This document shows, piece by piece, positions 54,191 to 64,000 of a DNA stretch of 64,000 nt (position 1 is the first letter of the stretch; every line of letters begins with the position of its first letter). Under the pieces are notes generated by a model. The model worked only from the letters and a program-made list of their open reading frames with translations. It searched no databases and was not told the origin of the DNA. The position numbers and the translations under genes were made by a program. Origin of the DNA: a virus (Duplodnaviria > Caudoviricetes); IMG/VR virus record IMGVR_UViG_3300033068_000427, positions 13,690 through 77,689 of that record. One strand, 5' to 3'.

Positions 54191-57100
54191 TCACTTAGCT
54201 ACTTGAAGCCTAGCAGCACTTTCCATTCCAGACAGCCTCTCTTCCATCTCACCAAGCTTATTGATGATTTGTCGGTTGGCTGCAGATTGGAGCTGAACAA
54301 GCGCAGCTTGGTGTCTGTTACTTTCCTCTAGTTTTTGTTCTAGTGCAGAATTGTCACCAACTCCACCAACCACCCTTACACCAAGACTCCCGTCACCTGA
54401 ACGAGAAAGCGGCATAATAGCTTCAGGACCAGCTTCACCCATCAAACCTACTGGGAACATTGTTGGAGAACTAACTACAGAGTTGCTAAATACACCGCCT
54501 GCTGCGAACATAGGCACGCTCTTACCTGCAGGGGTTCCACCGAGTAGTCGAGTGATCTGCTCAAGTTCTGCTACAGTTTGCACCCTCGACAGGTCAATTG
54601 CAGCTACAAGCATCTTATTAGACCCTACAGCAGCCTCTTCCAGCTTCACAAGAGCAGAGTCAATTTCTTCAAGAAGCTTTAGAGATTCCTCTTGGAAGTC
54701 TTTTGGGGCAAACTCTTCCAGTCTTGCAGCGATCTCATCACCCGCCGTTAAGATGAAGTCTTTGATGTTCTGTGCTTCACCTCCGGTGGCGTACACAAGA
54801 GCTGCTTGGTCTAGTAGTGGCTTGATTAGCTTGTCAAGCTCTCCGCCAAGTATCGCAAGCTCTTCACCCTCTGCAACACTTGCTTTTGCATATACGTCAG
54901 CAAACTCAGCCTCTAGCTTTTTAAGTAGCTCTTGAGGGCTGAGGTCTACATCCCTGATGCTTGAAAGCGTTGCGTTGAGTTTTTCAGCAGAGCTATTCAT
55001 AAGGTCAGATAGTTTTTTCTGTGCCTCATAATACTTAACAGTCTCGCTACGAAGCTTGTCCAGCCTCTTAGCGTTACCCTCAGCATCTATAGCAAAGTCT
55101 TTTAGCTGATTCTTAAACTCATCTTGGGCTTTTTGCACCTCGATATTGAGGGCAAGGATTTGCCGCTCTTTCTCCAGCTTCTCAGCAGAAAGTAGATTGG
55201 CATTTGCCAGCAACTTGTTGTACTCAGCTTGGGCTGCCGCTGATATCTCTTGGTACTTGACGTAGTTTTCGTAGCTTGCCTTGATTGTGCTATTGAGCGA
55301 CCCTTTTAGAATATCTTGCCCAGTGGTTCCGTACCCCGCCCCCTTATTTGCAAGTTCTTGCCTAACCCCCGGAGTCCATTTCTGGTTCCCTAGATACAAC
55401 AAGTCCATAAAGTCTGAGGATATGCCACCAAGCTCGTCCCTTGAGTAAGAGAAGCCCACCCCTCCTGCATTGTTCACAGGTACAATTTTGTACGGCTGAT
55501 TTAGGACTGATGAGAGCACGTTATCAACAGTCCCTACAGCCGACCGCCAACTAGAATAGCTACTATCTCTGGCTGCCTCCACCTGAGCCAGAGCTTTAGC
55601 TGCTTGCTCAACAGGGCCATATAGGTCTATGTTGCTTATCTGGGAAACTCTCTCTTGCAACGCTAGGCGTTGTTCCACAAGAGATATGATATTGGCGCTG
55701 CCAGGGGGAGTCACTTCGGACACAGAAGCTTGAATGCCTTCTCTTATTTTTTCTGGGGTCAGCGTAGTGCTTACTCCGGCTATCTTGTTGTAGTCTTCAG
55801 ATACAGCTTGTCTTGCGTTAAACAGTGCTGTAAACATACTGGACACAGCTTTACCAGCCTCTCCACCAAACTCTGCAATTGAGTTCTGAAGCTCATAAAA
55901 CTCAACAGACAACGCTGCCAGCCCGCTTGCCATATTTAGGTTTTGACCAACAAACTCTGACTGTTTTTTGTTAAGTTGTTCGGTGGCGTATCCAACAGCA
56001 AGCAATAAAGCACCTTGCAGCTTTATGTCTACCATAAGATCATCGAACAGCGAAGCCAGCGATTCCACAGACATTGATGCAGAAGTGTTGCTGCCGTCGA
56101 GGTTTTTGAGGCTTAGGATCAGCTTGTCAAGTTCGTACCTGCTGCTAGGAACAGACAGACCGAGTTGCCCAAACGCTTTTTCCAGTCCATTTGTTTTAAC
56201 TGCAACAGAGGACTCTACGTTGGCGAGCTTACTGAGAGCAGAGTCTAGATTACCAGAGTTGATTACAGTTGAAGAGGTCAGTTTGCCAAAATTAAAGGAG
56301 TTTAGGAGGTCATCGAATGCTGCAACAGAAGTGGGCATCTCTACACCAAGAGCTTTGAACTTATCTTCCAATCTCAGATATTTAGTTGACAGAAGCTCAG
56401 CACTAACTCCCAGTGTTTCCATAGATTTTATCAAATCCAAGAATTTTGGGGTGAGTGCAACCAATGCACCAAACAACTTCTGACCAGCTTCTGTACTGGT
56501 GTCCACTCCTTGCACAAGCTTTTTAAATCCTTCAACGCTTTCTGGGATCGTCACACCTAGCATTGAAAACTGCTTAGTCAGCTCAGCAAGCATCTGACTG
56601 TATCTTTCACCTTCCGTCAGAACATCTTCATAGAAACGATTAAGACCTCCGCTCAGCTCTTCAAACCCGTTAGCACCGTCAATCATATTTTTAGAAAGGT
56701 CAACAGCGGGCTTGTTCATTGCGGACAGCACGCTTCTTAGGGCATTCAGGCTCTTAACAACAGAGTCCAGATCGTCAATGCTTCCACTGAAGGCGTTAAC
56801 GATCTCAGCAAAACCTGTCTCCATACCGTACAATATGTACTCAGACCTGACCAAAGATTGCCTCAGCAACTCTACCGCAATGTCAGCTTGCTTGTCTATC
56901 ACATCGGAAAGAGAGATAAGCTCCACCCCGAACCTTTTGGTTGATAGTCTAGCTCTTTCTATATCAGATGCCAGTCTAGTGATGGTGGTAAAATAACCCT
57001 CCCCGATTCGTTGAAACTCTTCAAACCCAGCCAGAGCAAACTGTGCCATTCTGTCGGCCTGTTGACCAAACACTGCTTCTAGCTTTTCTTGAATCTCTTT

Positions 57101-60100
57101 AGCCCCAAGCCCTGACAGATTTATCTTGCCAATATCTACAACGAAATTCAGCAGGGTGTTTTGCACACTATCGAGGCTTCTTCCAAGCGGTGTGGCAGCC
57201 TTCGAGATTACATCATAGAAGTTACTAAAGATTAGAGAAAATTGATTAGCAACTTCTTTGTCCGCCTGAGCGGTCTGCGTTGCATAGCTTACACTCTTCT
57301 TACTCCCAAACCAACTCTTCTTTTTCTTTACAATTTCAACATCAATGTACTCAAGAAGATTGAAGCCTTGCTCAAACATTTGCTTGAGGGTTTGAATTGG
57401 AGCTGTGAGTCCGCTAGCAACGACATTAGTTTTTACGCTAGTCTTTCCAAAAAGGCCCCCTACAACACTGCCGATAACCTTATTCACGGCCTTACCTACG
57501 CCAGGAATAAGGGTTGCCGCAAGAGATGCAATAATACCCCAACCGGAAGCTGTTGTAAGAAGTGCCACCAGACTACCAGAGAAGCTTGTTGCAGCAAACC
57601 AAGTTTTAACAGCGCCAGCAACTTTAAGACCAGTCATAATGCTTTCTGAAGTCTTAGAAAGACCTTCTGCAGACTGTTTAATAAACGATGCAGTAAGGTT
57701 ACTTCCAGGCTGTCCGTTTGGTGATCTAAAGATCAGATTACCTAGTCCAGCAATACTCCCCTCGATATTTTGTAGGCTTTTAAGCATTGCGCTGGTGATT
57801 GGAAGCTCAACGCTGGCATACTTTTCAAGCGACTCGATACTCTTTTTAACACTTTCAGATTGAGCATCTTTATTTCCAAGAACTGTGCCTTTACCTTCGT
57901 TGTATACAGGGGCAGATTCTCCCTTCCCGCCACTAACCCTGCCTTTCAGAGCAACACCAAGGCCAACCAGAATTGCAGCCATTGCAGCAGCCATTGCGAA
58001 TCCTGCAACCGGAACTTGAGCCTGTGCTGCCACTGCTGTTGTACCTGCTGCTGTTGCTTTAGCAGATTCAAACCCAATGAACGCAGCAGCCTCAGAACCA
58101 GCAGCACCAATCTTGGTTGCAATGTTAGCAAGGAAGGTTGTAATCTCTTTTCTCTGGTTATAGAGCTGCATAATGAACATTGCCTGCTCAAGCTTTTCAA
58201 GTACCTTGTACCCTGTACTCTTCTCCTTGAACAGTTGCTTCACGCCACCAGTGATGCTACGCATATTAGCAAGTTCATTCTGTGCTTGCTTCTTGTTGAT
58301 ATCCGAAAGTTCTTTGGTAAGCTGCTTTTCATCTTGGATAGTGTCCGCAGCTTTCTGCTTCAGTTCTGTGAACACTTTTTGCTGTTCTGCTATGTCGTAC
58401 ATAGTATTTAGCAGAGTACCAGCACCCTTAGCAGCATCCCCGAAGAGATCGCCAATCTCAAGCTTAGTTGGCTTCATAAACTCTTCTTTTTCTTTCTGGT
58501 ATTCTAGAGCTGCCTTCTTAGCCTCTTCTTCAGCTTTCTTAATACCTTCGATTACTGACTTCTGTTCCAGCCTCTTACTAATCTCATCCTGAATATAACC
58601 GGCTTTCTTCATTTGAACTTTAAGAGACTCTTGCTCAAGGATTAGCTTTGTTTCCTCAATAGAGACGCCTTGTACAAGAAGGTCATACTCTCTTTGCACT
58701 AGTGCCGTTTCTTCTGCTCTTGTGCCAGCGTTCTCTAGTGTTTGAATCTGCTTTCTGAGGTCAAGGAGCCTTTGTGCCTGCTCGGCAGAAACACCGCCAG
58801 CGATAAGTCTAGCCTTTTCCACATCACCGATCTGTTTAGCCAAAGGTAGGAGTTTTTCAAGGGCTTGAAGTTCTTCAAGCAGAGAGTTAGTTTTCTCTTT
58901 TTTAGACTTCTTTTGGGAATCTAGGATTGCAGCTTGCTCTTCCTCAAGAGTTGTTAGTTTACCGACTTCCCCACGAAGGGTTGCTTCTTGCTCTGCAATC
59001 TGCCTTTTAATCGAGAGTTTTCTTGCCTCAAACTGGATCGGCCCTTCTCCAGGCATAATTGTTGGTGTACCATACTGCTGTTGAATTGCAGCCGTACCTG
59101 CAGCAATAAGCTCAGCCTTACGAAGAGAGACACCTTCTCTGAGGAGCTTATTAACTTGCTCTCGTTGTTTAACCTCGTCTTGCAGCTTTTTAATCATATC
59201 AGAGGCAGCACCATCGCTAGTGCTGTTGAACATATCAATCTGCTGTTGGAGTGCAAACGTGCGGTAACGAGCATCATACTCTTTCTTGAGAGCAATGATT
59301 AGTTCATTCTTTTCAACTCTTTCACGACCGCTGAGGTTGTCTTTAGAAACGTCTTCACGAAGCTTTTGAATTCGCTTCATAGACTCTTCCAGCTCACGTT
59401 GCTGGTCGTCAGTGAGGAATTTTACACCAGAGCTATCAAAAGACTTCTGAATTGCTTGACCAACTTCGGGGGCTTTCTTAATCAAGTCATCCCAAGATTT
59501 AGCAAGTTTCTCTTCGGACTCAAGCAGCACCTTTGTAGACTTGATGCTTCCTTCCTTCTCTTCTGCCAACTTGCTGATCTGCACAGCAGCTTGTTCAGAA
59601 TTAAAGTATAGGATGCCGGCTGCCGTAGCTGCACCTGCCAGAATAACTCCGATAGGGGTGGAAGCAAGAGCTGCACCAAGAGCCAACACAGCACCTCTAG
59701 CCGCAAATAGCGCAGTACTGAGAGTGCCTGTTGCTGCAATACTAATAGCTGTGGCTGCTGCATATCCACGCATTGCTGCTGTAGCCGTAACCAAAGCACC
59801 ACCAGCCGTTGTGGCTGCGCCCGCAATACCCGCTACACCGATAACAGATGCCAGCACTTTGCTCAGTGCGTATACAGAGGATGCTGCGAACAGTAGTTGA
59901 CCAAGGCTCGTCCCCATTCCATTCAAAGAATCGTTGAGCGGATCAACAGCCTCTTTCATCATTGCAAGACCAGAACCTAGACCTTGAATAACAATACCAA
60001 GGGTTTCAATAGCGGATACAACACCATCTACCGCACCAGTGGATTCGTTAAGGTCACGAGAGAACACCATCAAATCGGTCTTCACTCGCTCAAATGCTTG

Positions 60101-61627
60101 CCCCATTGTCACAGGGACTTTAGCTGCTTTTGCTTCAAGCGATGATTGCATCTTGAGCAGGGCTTGGGAGATGAGTTCAGTGGTGAGCTTACCTTCTGAG
60201 GATAGAGCTTTCAGTTCACTTCTTGCATAGCCGCTACCGTCAGCAATAGCCTTCAGGAAGGCGGGGGCGGCTTCAGACACAGAACGGAACTCGTCACCAG
60301 CCAACTTACCAGACGCCATAGCCTGTGTGAACTGAGTGGTTGCAGCAATAGCTTCCTGAGTGTTTGCACCAGAAATGAGCAGAGCGGCACCAAACGCCTT
60401 AGTCACCTTCAGAGCTGCATCTGTAGCACTTGTAGAACCTTCAAGATTCACTTTGAAGGACTCCATAGCGGGGACAAGACGGGTGTACAGTCTGCTAGTG
60501 GTGTCTAGGTTTACACGGTTTTCCTTACTGATCTCAACGAGCTGATCCAGCACTTGACTTGCATCTGCACCAGCAGTGGAGACAAGGTTGATACGAGCCT
60601 CAACAAGACGCATAGAGTCTGCCATCTTGAGGAATTCACGAGTAGCTTGGGCAAGGAAGGCCACACCACCAACAGCACCAATCGCAGGGATTAGAGTCTT
60701 TAGTGTAGTAGCTACAGGGATAGTCTCCAGCATTGTCTTTCTTGTAGATTCCAATGCTTTGTTATAGAGCTGCATATTACCAGTAGCTTTGGCATCCAAG
60801 ATGAAGGACGCATCTTGCAGGTTTACACCAAACTCTTTGGATGTTTGCCTTACACTCATCCTGCGCTCAACAGATGCAGTTCGCTCAAGAATTCTTTGAT
60901 TCTCTTTGGCAATACGCTGAGCTTGCCTTTCCACTTCGTTGAGGTTGTTGGTTTCTCTAATCAGAGCAGTGAGCTTTTCTCGTCTTTCACCAAGGCGCTT
61001 GTTGTATTCAGCTTGACCCGCAGGGCTGTCCAGCTTGATACCTAACTTCTCAATCTCACCCCTCACTTCCTCAGCAGCACGACCAAACAAACGCATTTGG
61101 TTGGTGTTGGCGTAGATACCCTTGGCACTAAGCTCCATACGATCTCTGAGAGACGTAATGTCTTTCTCAAGAGCACGGATACTACCACGGCTGTTGTCAA
61201 AAGGGTCGCTAGACAGCTTAGCTACTTGGAGAAGAGTGTGCTGCAGAGAGGCAAACTGCGACTCAAGAATGCCTGCTTGCTTTGCTGTGGCAAGAATCTT
61301 AGCCTCGCCCTTAGTAAAGCCATCTACCATATACTGACGAACAAGTTGGTTCTTCTCAATAAGCTTATCAAACTTATCCCCAGCTTGAGCAGCAGAGTCC
61401 CCCACTTGTTTTACTTTTTTACTTGCAGATTCAGCAGCAGAACCAAGGTCTTTCATTTCTTTGGTGCGCTTAGCCTCAGAAGAGCTACCAGCAGATTTAC
61501 CCATCGAGTTGAGGGCTTTGTCTGTCTTACCTACTTCCTTTTGAAGCTCTTTAAACTTGTTGATCGCTGCCCCAATCTGGCTGAGGTCTAACGCATACCC
61601 TACGTCAACAACATATGACATATTCAA
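54191..61627 (-). CDS. Tail tape measure protein (2478 aa)
   Basis: Helical Ala/Leu/Lys-rich; tape_meas_nterm-like QFTQAMASGKLAGDEFRSVSE; C-terminal FAAGGVF...MGEAGPEAIMPL. Confidence 0.95.
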   Translation of the reverse strand: MNMSYVVDVGYALDLSQIGAAINKFKELQKEVGKTDKALNSMGKSAGSSSEAKRTKEMKDLGSAAESASKKVKQVGDSAAQAGDKFDKLIEKNQLVRQYMVDGFTKGEAKILATAKQAGILESQFASLQHTLLQVAKLSSDPFDNSRGSIRALEKDITSLRDRMELSAKGIYANTNQMRLFGRAAEEVRGEIEKLGIKLDSPAGQAEYNKRLGERREKLTALIRETNNLNEVERQAQRIAKENQRILERTASVERRMSVRQTSKEFGVNLQDASFILDAKATGNMQLYNKALESTRKTMLETIPVATTLKTLIPAIGAVGGVAFLAQATREFLKMADSMRLVEARINLVSTAGADASQVLDQLVEISKENRVNLDTTSRLYTRLVPAMESFKVNLEGSTSATDAALKVTKAFGAALLISGANTQEAIAATTQFTQAMASGKLAGDEFRSVSEAAPAFLKAIADGSGYARSELKALSSEGKLTTELISQALLKMQSSLEAKAAKVPVTMGQAFERVKTDLMVFSRDLNESTGAVDGVVSAIETLGIVIQGLGSGLAMMKEAVDPLNDSLNGMGTSLGQLLFAASSVYALSKVLASVIGVAGIAGAATTAGGALVTATAAMRGYAAATAISIAATGTLSTALFAARGAVLALGAALASTPIGVILAGAATAAGILYFNSEQAAVQISKLAEEKEGSIKSTKVLLESEEKLAKSWDDLIKKAPEVGQAIQKSFDSSGVKFLTDDQQRELEESMKRIQKLREDVSKDNLSGRERVEKNELIIALKKEYDARYRTFALQQQIDMFNSTSDGAASDMIKKLQDEVKQREQVNKLLREGVSLRKAELIAAGTAAIQQQYGTPTIMPGEGPIQFEARKLSIKRQIAEQEATLRGEVGKLTTLEEEQAAILDSQKKSKKEKTNSLLEELQALEKLLPLAKQIGDVEKARLIAGGVSAEQAQRLLDLRKQIQTLENAGTRAEETALVQREYDLLVQGVSIEETKLILEQESLKVQMKKAGYIQDEISKRLEQKSVIEGIKKAEEEAKKAALEYQKEKEEFMKPTKLEIGDLFGDAAKGAGTLLNTMYDIAEQQKVFTELKQKAADTIQDEKQLTKELSDINKKQAQNELANMRSITGGVKQLFKEKSTGYKVLEKLEQAMFIMQLYNQRKEITTFLANIATKIGAAGSEAAAFIGFESAKATAAGTTAVAAQAQVPVAGFAMAAAMAAILVGLGVALKGRVSGGKGESAPVYNEGKGTVLGNKDAQSESVKKSIESLEKYASVELPITSAMLKSLQNIEGSIAGLGNLIFRSPNGQPGSNLTASFIKQSAEGLSKTSESIMTGLKVAGAVKTWFAATSFSGSLVALLTTASGWGIIASLAATLIPGVGKAVNKVIGSVVGGLFGKTSVKTNVVASGLTAPIQTLKQMFEQGFNLLEYIDVEIVKKKKSWFGSKKSVSYATQTAQADKEVANQFSLIFSNFYDVISKAATPLGRSLDSVQNTLLNFVVDIGKINLSGLGAKEIQEKLEAVFGQQADRMAQFALAGFEEFQRIGEGYFTTITRLASDIERARLSTKRFGVELISLSDVIDKQADIAVELLRQSLVRSEYILYGMETGFAEIVNAFSGSIDDLDSVVKSLNALRSVLSAMNKPAVDLSKNMIDGANGFEELSGGLNRFYEDVLTEGERYSQMLAELTKQFSMLGVTIPESVEGFKKLVQGVDTSTEAGQKLFGALVALTPKFLDLIKSMETLGVSAELLSTKYLRLEDKFKALGVEMPTSVAAFDDLLNSFNFGKLTSSTVINSGNLDSALSKLANVESSVAVKTNGLEKAFGQLGLSVPSSRYELDKLILSLKNLDGSNTSASMSVESLASLFDDLMVDIKLQGALLLAVGYATEQLNKKQSEFVGQNLNMASGLAALSVEFYELQNSIAEFGGEAGKAVSSMFTALFNARQAVSEDYNKIAGVSTTLTPEKIREGIQASVSEVTPPGSANIISLVEQRLALQERVSQISNIDLYGPVEQAAKALAQVEAARDSSYSSWRSAVGTVDNVLSSVLNQPYKIVPVNNAGGVGFSYSRDELGGISSDFMDLLYLGNQKWTPGVRQELANKGAGYGTTGQDILKGSLNSTIKASYENYVKYQEISAAAQAEYNKLLANANLLSAEKLEKERQILALNIEVQKAQDEFKNQLKDFAIDAEGNAKRLDKLRSETVKYYEAQKKLSDLMNSSAEKLNATLSSIRDVDLSPQELLKKLEAEFADVYAKASVAEGEELAILGGELDKLIKPLLDQAALVYATGGEAQNIKDFILTAGDEIAARLEEFAPKDFQEESLKLLEEIDSALVKLEEAAVGSNKMLVAAIDLSRVQTVAELEQITRLLGGTPAGKSVPMFAAGGVFSNSVVSSPTMFPVGLMGEAGPEAIMPLSRSGDGSLGVRVVGGVGDNSALEQKLEESNRHQAALVQLQSAANRQIINKLGEMEERLSGMESAARLQVAK

Positions 61628-61634
61628 TCACCTC

Positions 61635-62432
61635 TTATTTCTTAGAGGCTCTTTTAGACTCTCTTTCCTGATCCTCGTAATGCTGAGTGAGGAAAGCTCT
61701 ATCAAGAGCGGTTATCAAATCCACTTCCCACGGGAATAGGCGGATATCATTCAAGTCACAGAATGACTTAATATCTGTGTAACTTAAACAAGAAAGCCCC
61801 ATACCACCACTGGCTCTCTGTTGGTGTAGACGAATAAAATACGTCCACAGCAATGAGACAGCTTCAGGTAGTAGGGGGCTACTGGATTCTTCTTCGAGGG
61901 ATTTAAGCACAACGTCTGCTTTTGGTAGAGCAGCAGCGAATGGGTTGTTTTGTGCAGCCTCAACGTGTTCTTTTAGGGATGCCCCATCTTTCTGTTTGGC
62001 ACCATACTTGAACTGCCATTTAGCATACTCAAGTGTTTGTTCTGTAATCTCTTTAATGTAGTCATCAACAATGGATGACCACTTTACAATCTGTTCCACC
62101 ACCCAATCATATTCACTGACTAGGAGCAGTGCATTCTCTTTTGAATACTTGAGTGGAACACCATTTAGTCCGATGTTCTCCCACTTACAAATTCTACTAG
62201 CAGCAATCTTACTTTGGTTGTAGTCGCTGCTGGTATTAAGTTCAGCATATTCAGCTAAACCATCTTGAAATAGTCTTGAAATCTCTGTTTGTGATACAGC
62301 TTGCGATGCTCTTGTTGTCTGTCCTCCAGTTACCCATAAGAAAGCTCCTGTTGGTTCACCGAAGTATTCAAGCTCGAACTTGATAGACTGACTTAGTTCC
62401 TTTTCATCCACTTCGGATTGGATATCCAGCAT
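61635..62432 (-). CDS. Tail assembly chaperone G-T type natural fusion (start reassigned to ATG 62432)
   Basis: N-half paralogous to 62508..62915; C-half P.LP....LW.YF..L...R..G...LSY.DI.......PWEV.LI..LD; GGAG RBS. Confidence 0.75.
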   Translation of the reverse strand: MLDIQSEVDEKELSQSIKFELEYFGEPTGAFLWVTGGQTTRASQAVSQTEISRLFQDGLAEYAELNTSSDYNQSKIAASRICKWENIGLNGVPLKYSKENALLLVSEYDWVVEQIVKWSSIVDDYIKEITEQTLEYAKWQFKYGAKQKDGASLKEHVEAAQNNPFAAALPKADVVLKSLEEESSSPLLPEAVSLLWTYFIRLHQQRASGGMGLSCLSYTDIKSFCDLNDIRLFPWEVDLITALDRAFLTQHYEDQERESKRASKK

Positions 62433-62507
62433 AAAATCTCCTAAGTGGGCGGGTGGCAATATGGAAAGGGAGGGGAGAAATGCTCCCCTCGGCTCTCTTA
62501 GGCGATG

Positions 62508-62915
62508 TTAATCAACGAAGTTGGCCAGCAGACCAGCTTCATCCAGAACAGCTTGGCGAATCCAAGTGTGTTCTTTCAGAATACGCTTAGCGTTCTCTTC
62601 ATTGAACTCAAGGAGCTTACCTTTCTCACCAATACCTTCCCAACCAATCAGACGGACATATGCACTCTCAACAGCCATATCCTCTGCTTCTTGCAGACTC
62701 ATATCTTCAGGGTCTTTGTTACGACGGCGGGCTTGTTTGGCTTTAGCCTGCAGAGCTTCGTACTGCTTGCGGGCGAAATCTTTTACGGTTTTGGAGTTGT
62801 CACCCCGTACAGTGACGAACGCACCAGTGGGCTTGTTCACTTCCGGCAGCACCAGCTCAAAACGGTGGCCTACTTCGGACAGTTCAGAGATGTTAGTTTT
62901 AGCGAGATCGAACAT
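62508..62915 (-). CDS. Tail assembly chaperone (gpG-like)
   Basis: Between tail tube and tape measure; GWEG...EF.EENA..IL....W pattern. Confidence 0.8.
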   Translation of the reverse strand: MFDLAKTNISELSEVGHRFELVLPEVNKPTGAFVTVRGDNSKTVKDFARKQYEALQAKAKQARRRNKDPEDMSLQEAEDMAVESAYVRLIGWEGIGEKGKLLEFNEENAKRILKEHTWIRQAVLDEAGLLANFVD

Positions 62916-62984
62916 TGTATTACCTACCTAATTATCGTGGAATTGAAATGCTCTATCCTAGAGCAAAAGATTTACAGCAGAAAT

Positions 62985-63053
62985 AATAAAGGGGCAGACA
63001 ATTCCACCCCTTTATTGTGTACCGATTATATCAAATTAGTTGCAAATTAGCAA
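62985..63053 (-). promoter_or_regulatory. Internal sigma70 promoter immediately followed by a terminator-like hairpin
   Basis: TTGCTA-17 bp-TATAAT (63053-63025) then AATAAAGGGG...CCCCTTTATT-ATTT. Confidence 0.6.
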
Positions 63054-63087
63054 TAGCTGTGCTACGGATAATTCACACTAACCTATA

Positions 63088-64000
63088 TTAAGCAGCACTG
63101 TCTTGGATCATAATGGTGGAAGCAACGAAGCCGTTAGTGCCGTCACCCTTCAGAGCTTGGAAGCTGTGAGTGGAAACAATAGCTTGTTCACCATCGTTCT
63201 TGGTATCAGAGTTGATCTTGATACGCGGCAGAGTGATAGTCATAAACTGAGCATTGTTTTCAGTACCAGTAGTAAGAGCGCAAATAAGTGCAATCTCTTT
63301 TTCGTCACGGAAGGCATCAGAGAATTCTTTCCCTGACATCATCGCGCTAAATTCCCCATCCACAAGAATACGACCAAACTCCATAGTAGGTTTGACGTTG
63401 CTACCGACAACGGCATCAGCAGTGAGGTTTTTGTTGATGTTGATGGACAGGCTAGTAACCAGACTCACCGGAACACCGTCAATAATCAGAGCACCAGATA
63501 CCGAGGCAAATACACGATCCTCACCCTGAGCTGTGGGGTTGGTGAAGAACTTGGTAGTTTCAGCACGAACAAGGTCTTTGCCCATAAAGGCGAAGTCAGC
63601 AGTAACCAGACCAGTTGCAGGCAGACTGATACCGACAGTATTCACCTTGTTACCAGTGGTCACTTCTGATTGCTGAATGTCGTTGTACCATTCTTCAACA
63701 GTGTACGATACGTCAGTGTGACCAGTAGACGGGATGTAGGTAGACTTACCCGGTGCAGTGATGCTTACCGGAGTAGCGGCGAGATCATTCACCAGAGTGC
63801 CGCCATTCAGAACAATCACGCTCAGAACAGTGGCGGTCATTGCCACGATCAGCAGGTTCTTGTCATTGTTAGCAGCATTGGCACCAGTCAGTCGTACTAC
63901 CATACCAACTTTCAGGTCAGAAGTAGTAAAGTCACCAGCAGAGCGAGTGATGGTGTAAATCGGGGCACCAGCATCAGAGATGTCCACAGTGAGGCCAGTT
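63088..64000 (-). CDS. Major tail tube protein (5' end beyond window)
   Basis: SYTVEEWY.DI..SEV.TG.KV, FMGK, ILVDG.F, TLPRIK; reading frame stays open to the window edge. Confidence 0.85.
   Translation of the reverse strand, partial: TGLTVDISDAGAPIYTITRSAGDFTTSDLKVGMVVRLTGANAANNDKNLLIVAMTATVLSVIVLNGGTLVNDLAATPVSITAPGKSTYIPSTGHTDVSYTVEEWYNDIQQSEVTTGNKVNTVGISLPATGLVTADFAFMGKDLVRAETTKFFTNPTAQGEDRVFASVSGALIIDGVPVSLVTSLSININKNLTADAVVGSNVKPTMEFGRILVDGEFSAMMSGKEFSDAFRDEKEIALICALTTGTENNAQFMTITLPRIKINSDTKNDGEQAIVSTHSFQALKGDGTNGFVASTIMIQDSAA

Noticed and set aside
54351-63529. Many + strand ORFs of 60-194 aa opposite the tail genes
   Set aside because: Antisense to clearly coding - strand genes; Ser/Leu-rich nonsense composition
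1-64000. tRNA and rRNA genes
   Set aside because: No cloverleaf with a T-loop GTTCRA in a suitable context seen by eye; tRNAscan or ARAGORN would be needed to exclude them formally

Overview
A 64-kb segment of a lytic tailed dsDNA phage genome (Caudoviricetes), low-40s % GC by eye. A long non-contractile tail is inferred from a 2478-aa tape measure, tail tube and tail chaperones. There are four transcription blocks. (1) + strand 1-14.5 kb: PhoH, ClpP-like protease, dCMP deaminase, ATP-dependent ligase, SleB-type cell-wall hydrolase, an intein-containing SF1 helicase and several HNH endonucleases. (2) A non-coding convergence zone at 14.5-15.9 kb, then - strand early-type genes at 16-20 kb behind strong sigma70 promoters. 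(3) + strand 20.8-47.4 kb: primase-helicase, family A DNA polymerase with a frameshifted C-terminus, SSB, nucleases, DNA methyltransferase, ThyA/DHFR, NTP pyrophosphatase, nrdA split by two group I introns, nrdB, glutaredoxin, and an iteron + ribbon-helix-helix + winged-helix module resembling a plasmid replicon. (4) - strand 47.5-64 kb: lysis cassette and tail genes, with the tail tube gene running off the window edge. The GC-rich tail-fibre tip suggests a Pseudomonas-like host (inference only). Main second-look items: the plasmid-like iteron/CopG/Rep module, a class 3-type intein starting with Glu, a duplicated tail chaperone with an in-frame G-T fusion in place of a frameshift, a ~36-bp degenerate repeat array next to the early promoters, a type I-F CRISPR-repeat-like sequence, palindrome-embedded promoters and a slippery-site frameshift in the polymerase. 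I found no tRNA, rRNA or true CRISPR array. All alignments and counts were done by eye; no database searches were run.
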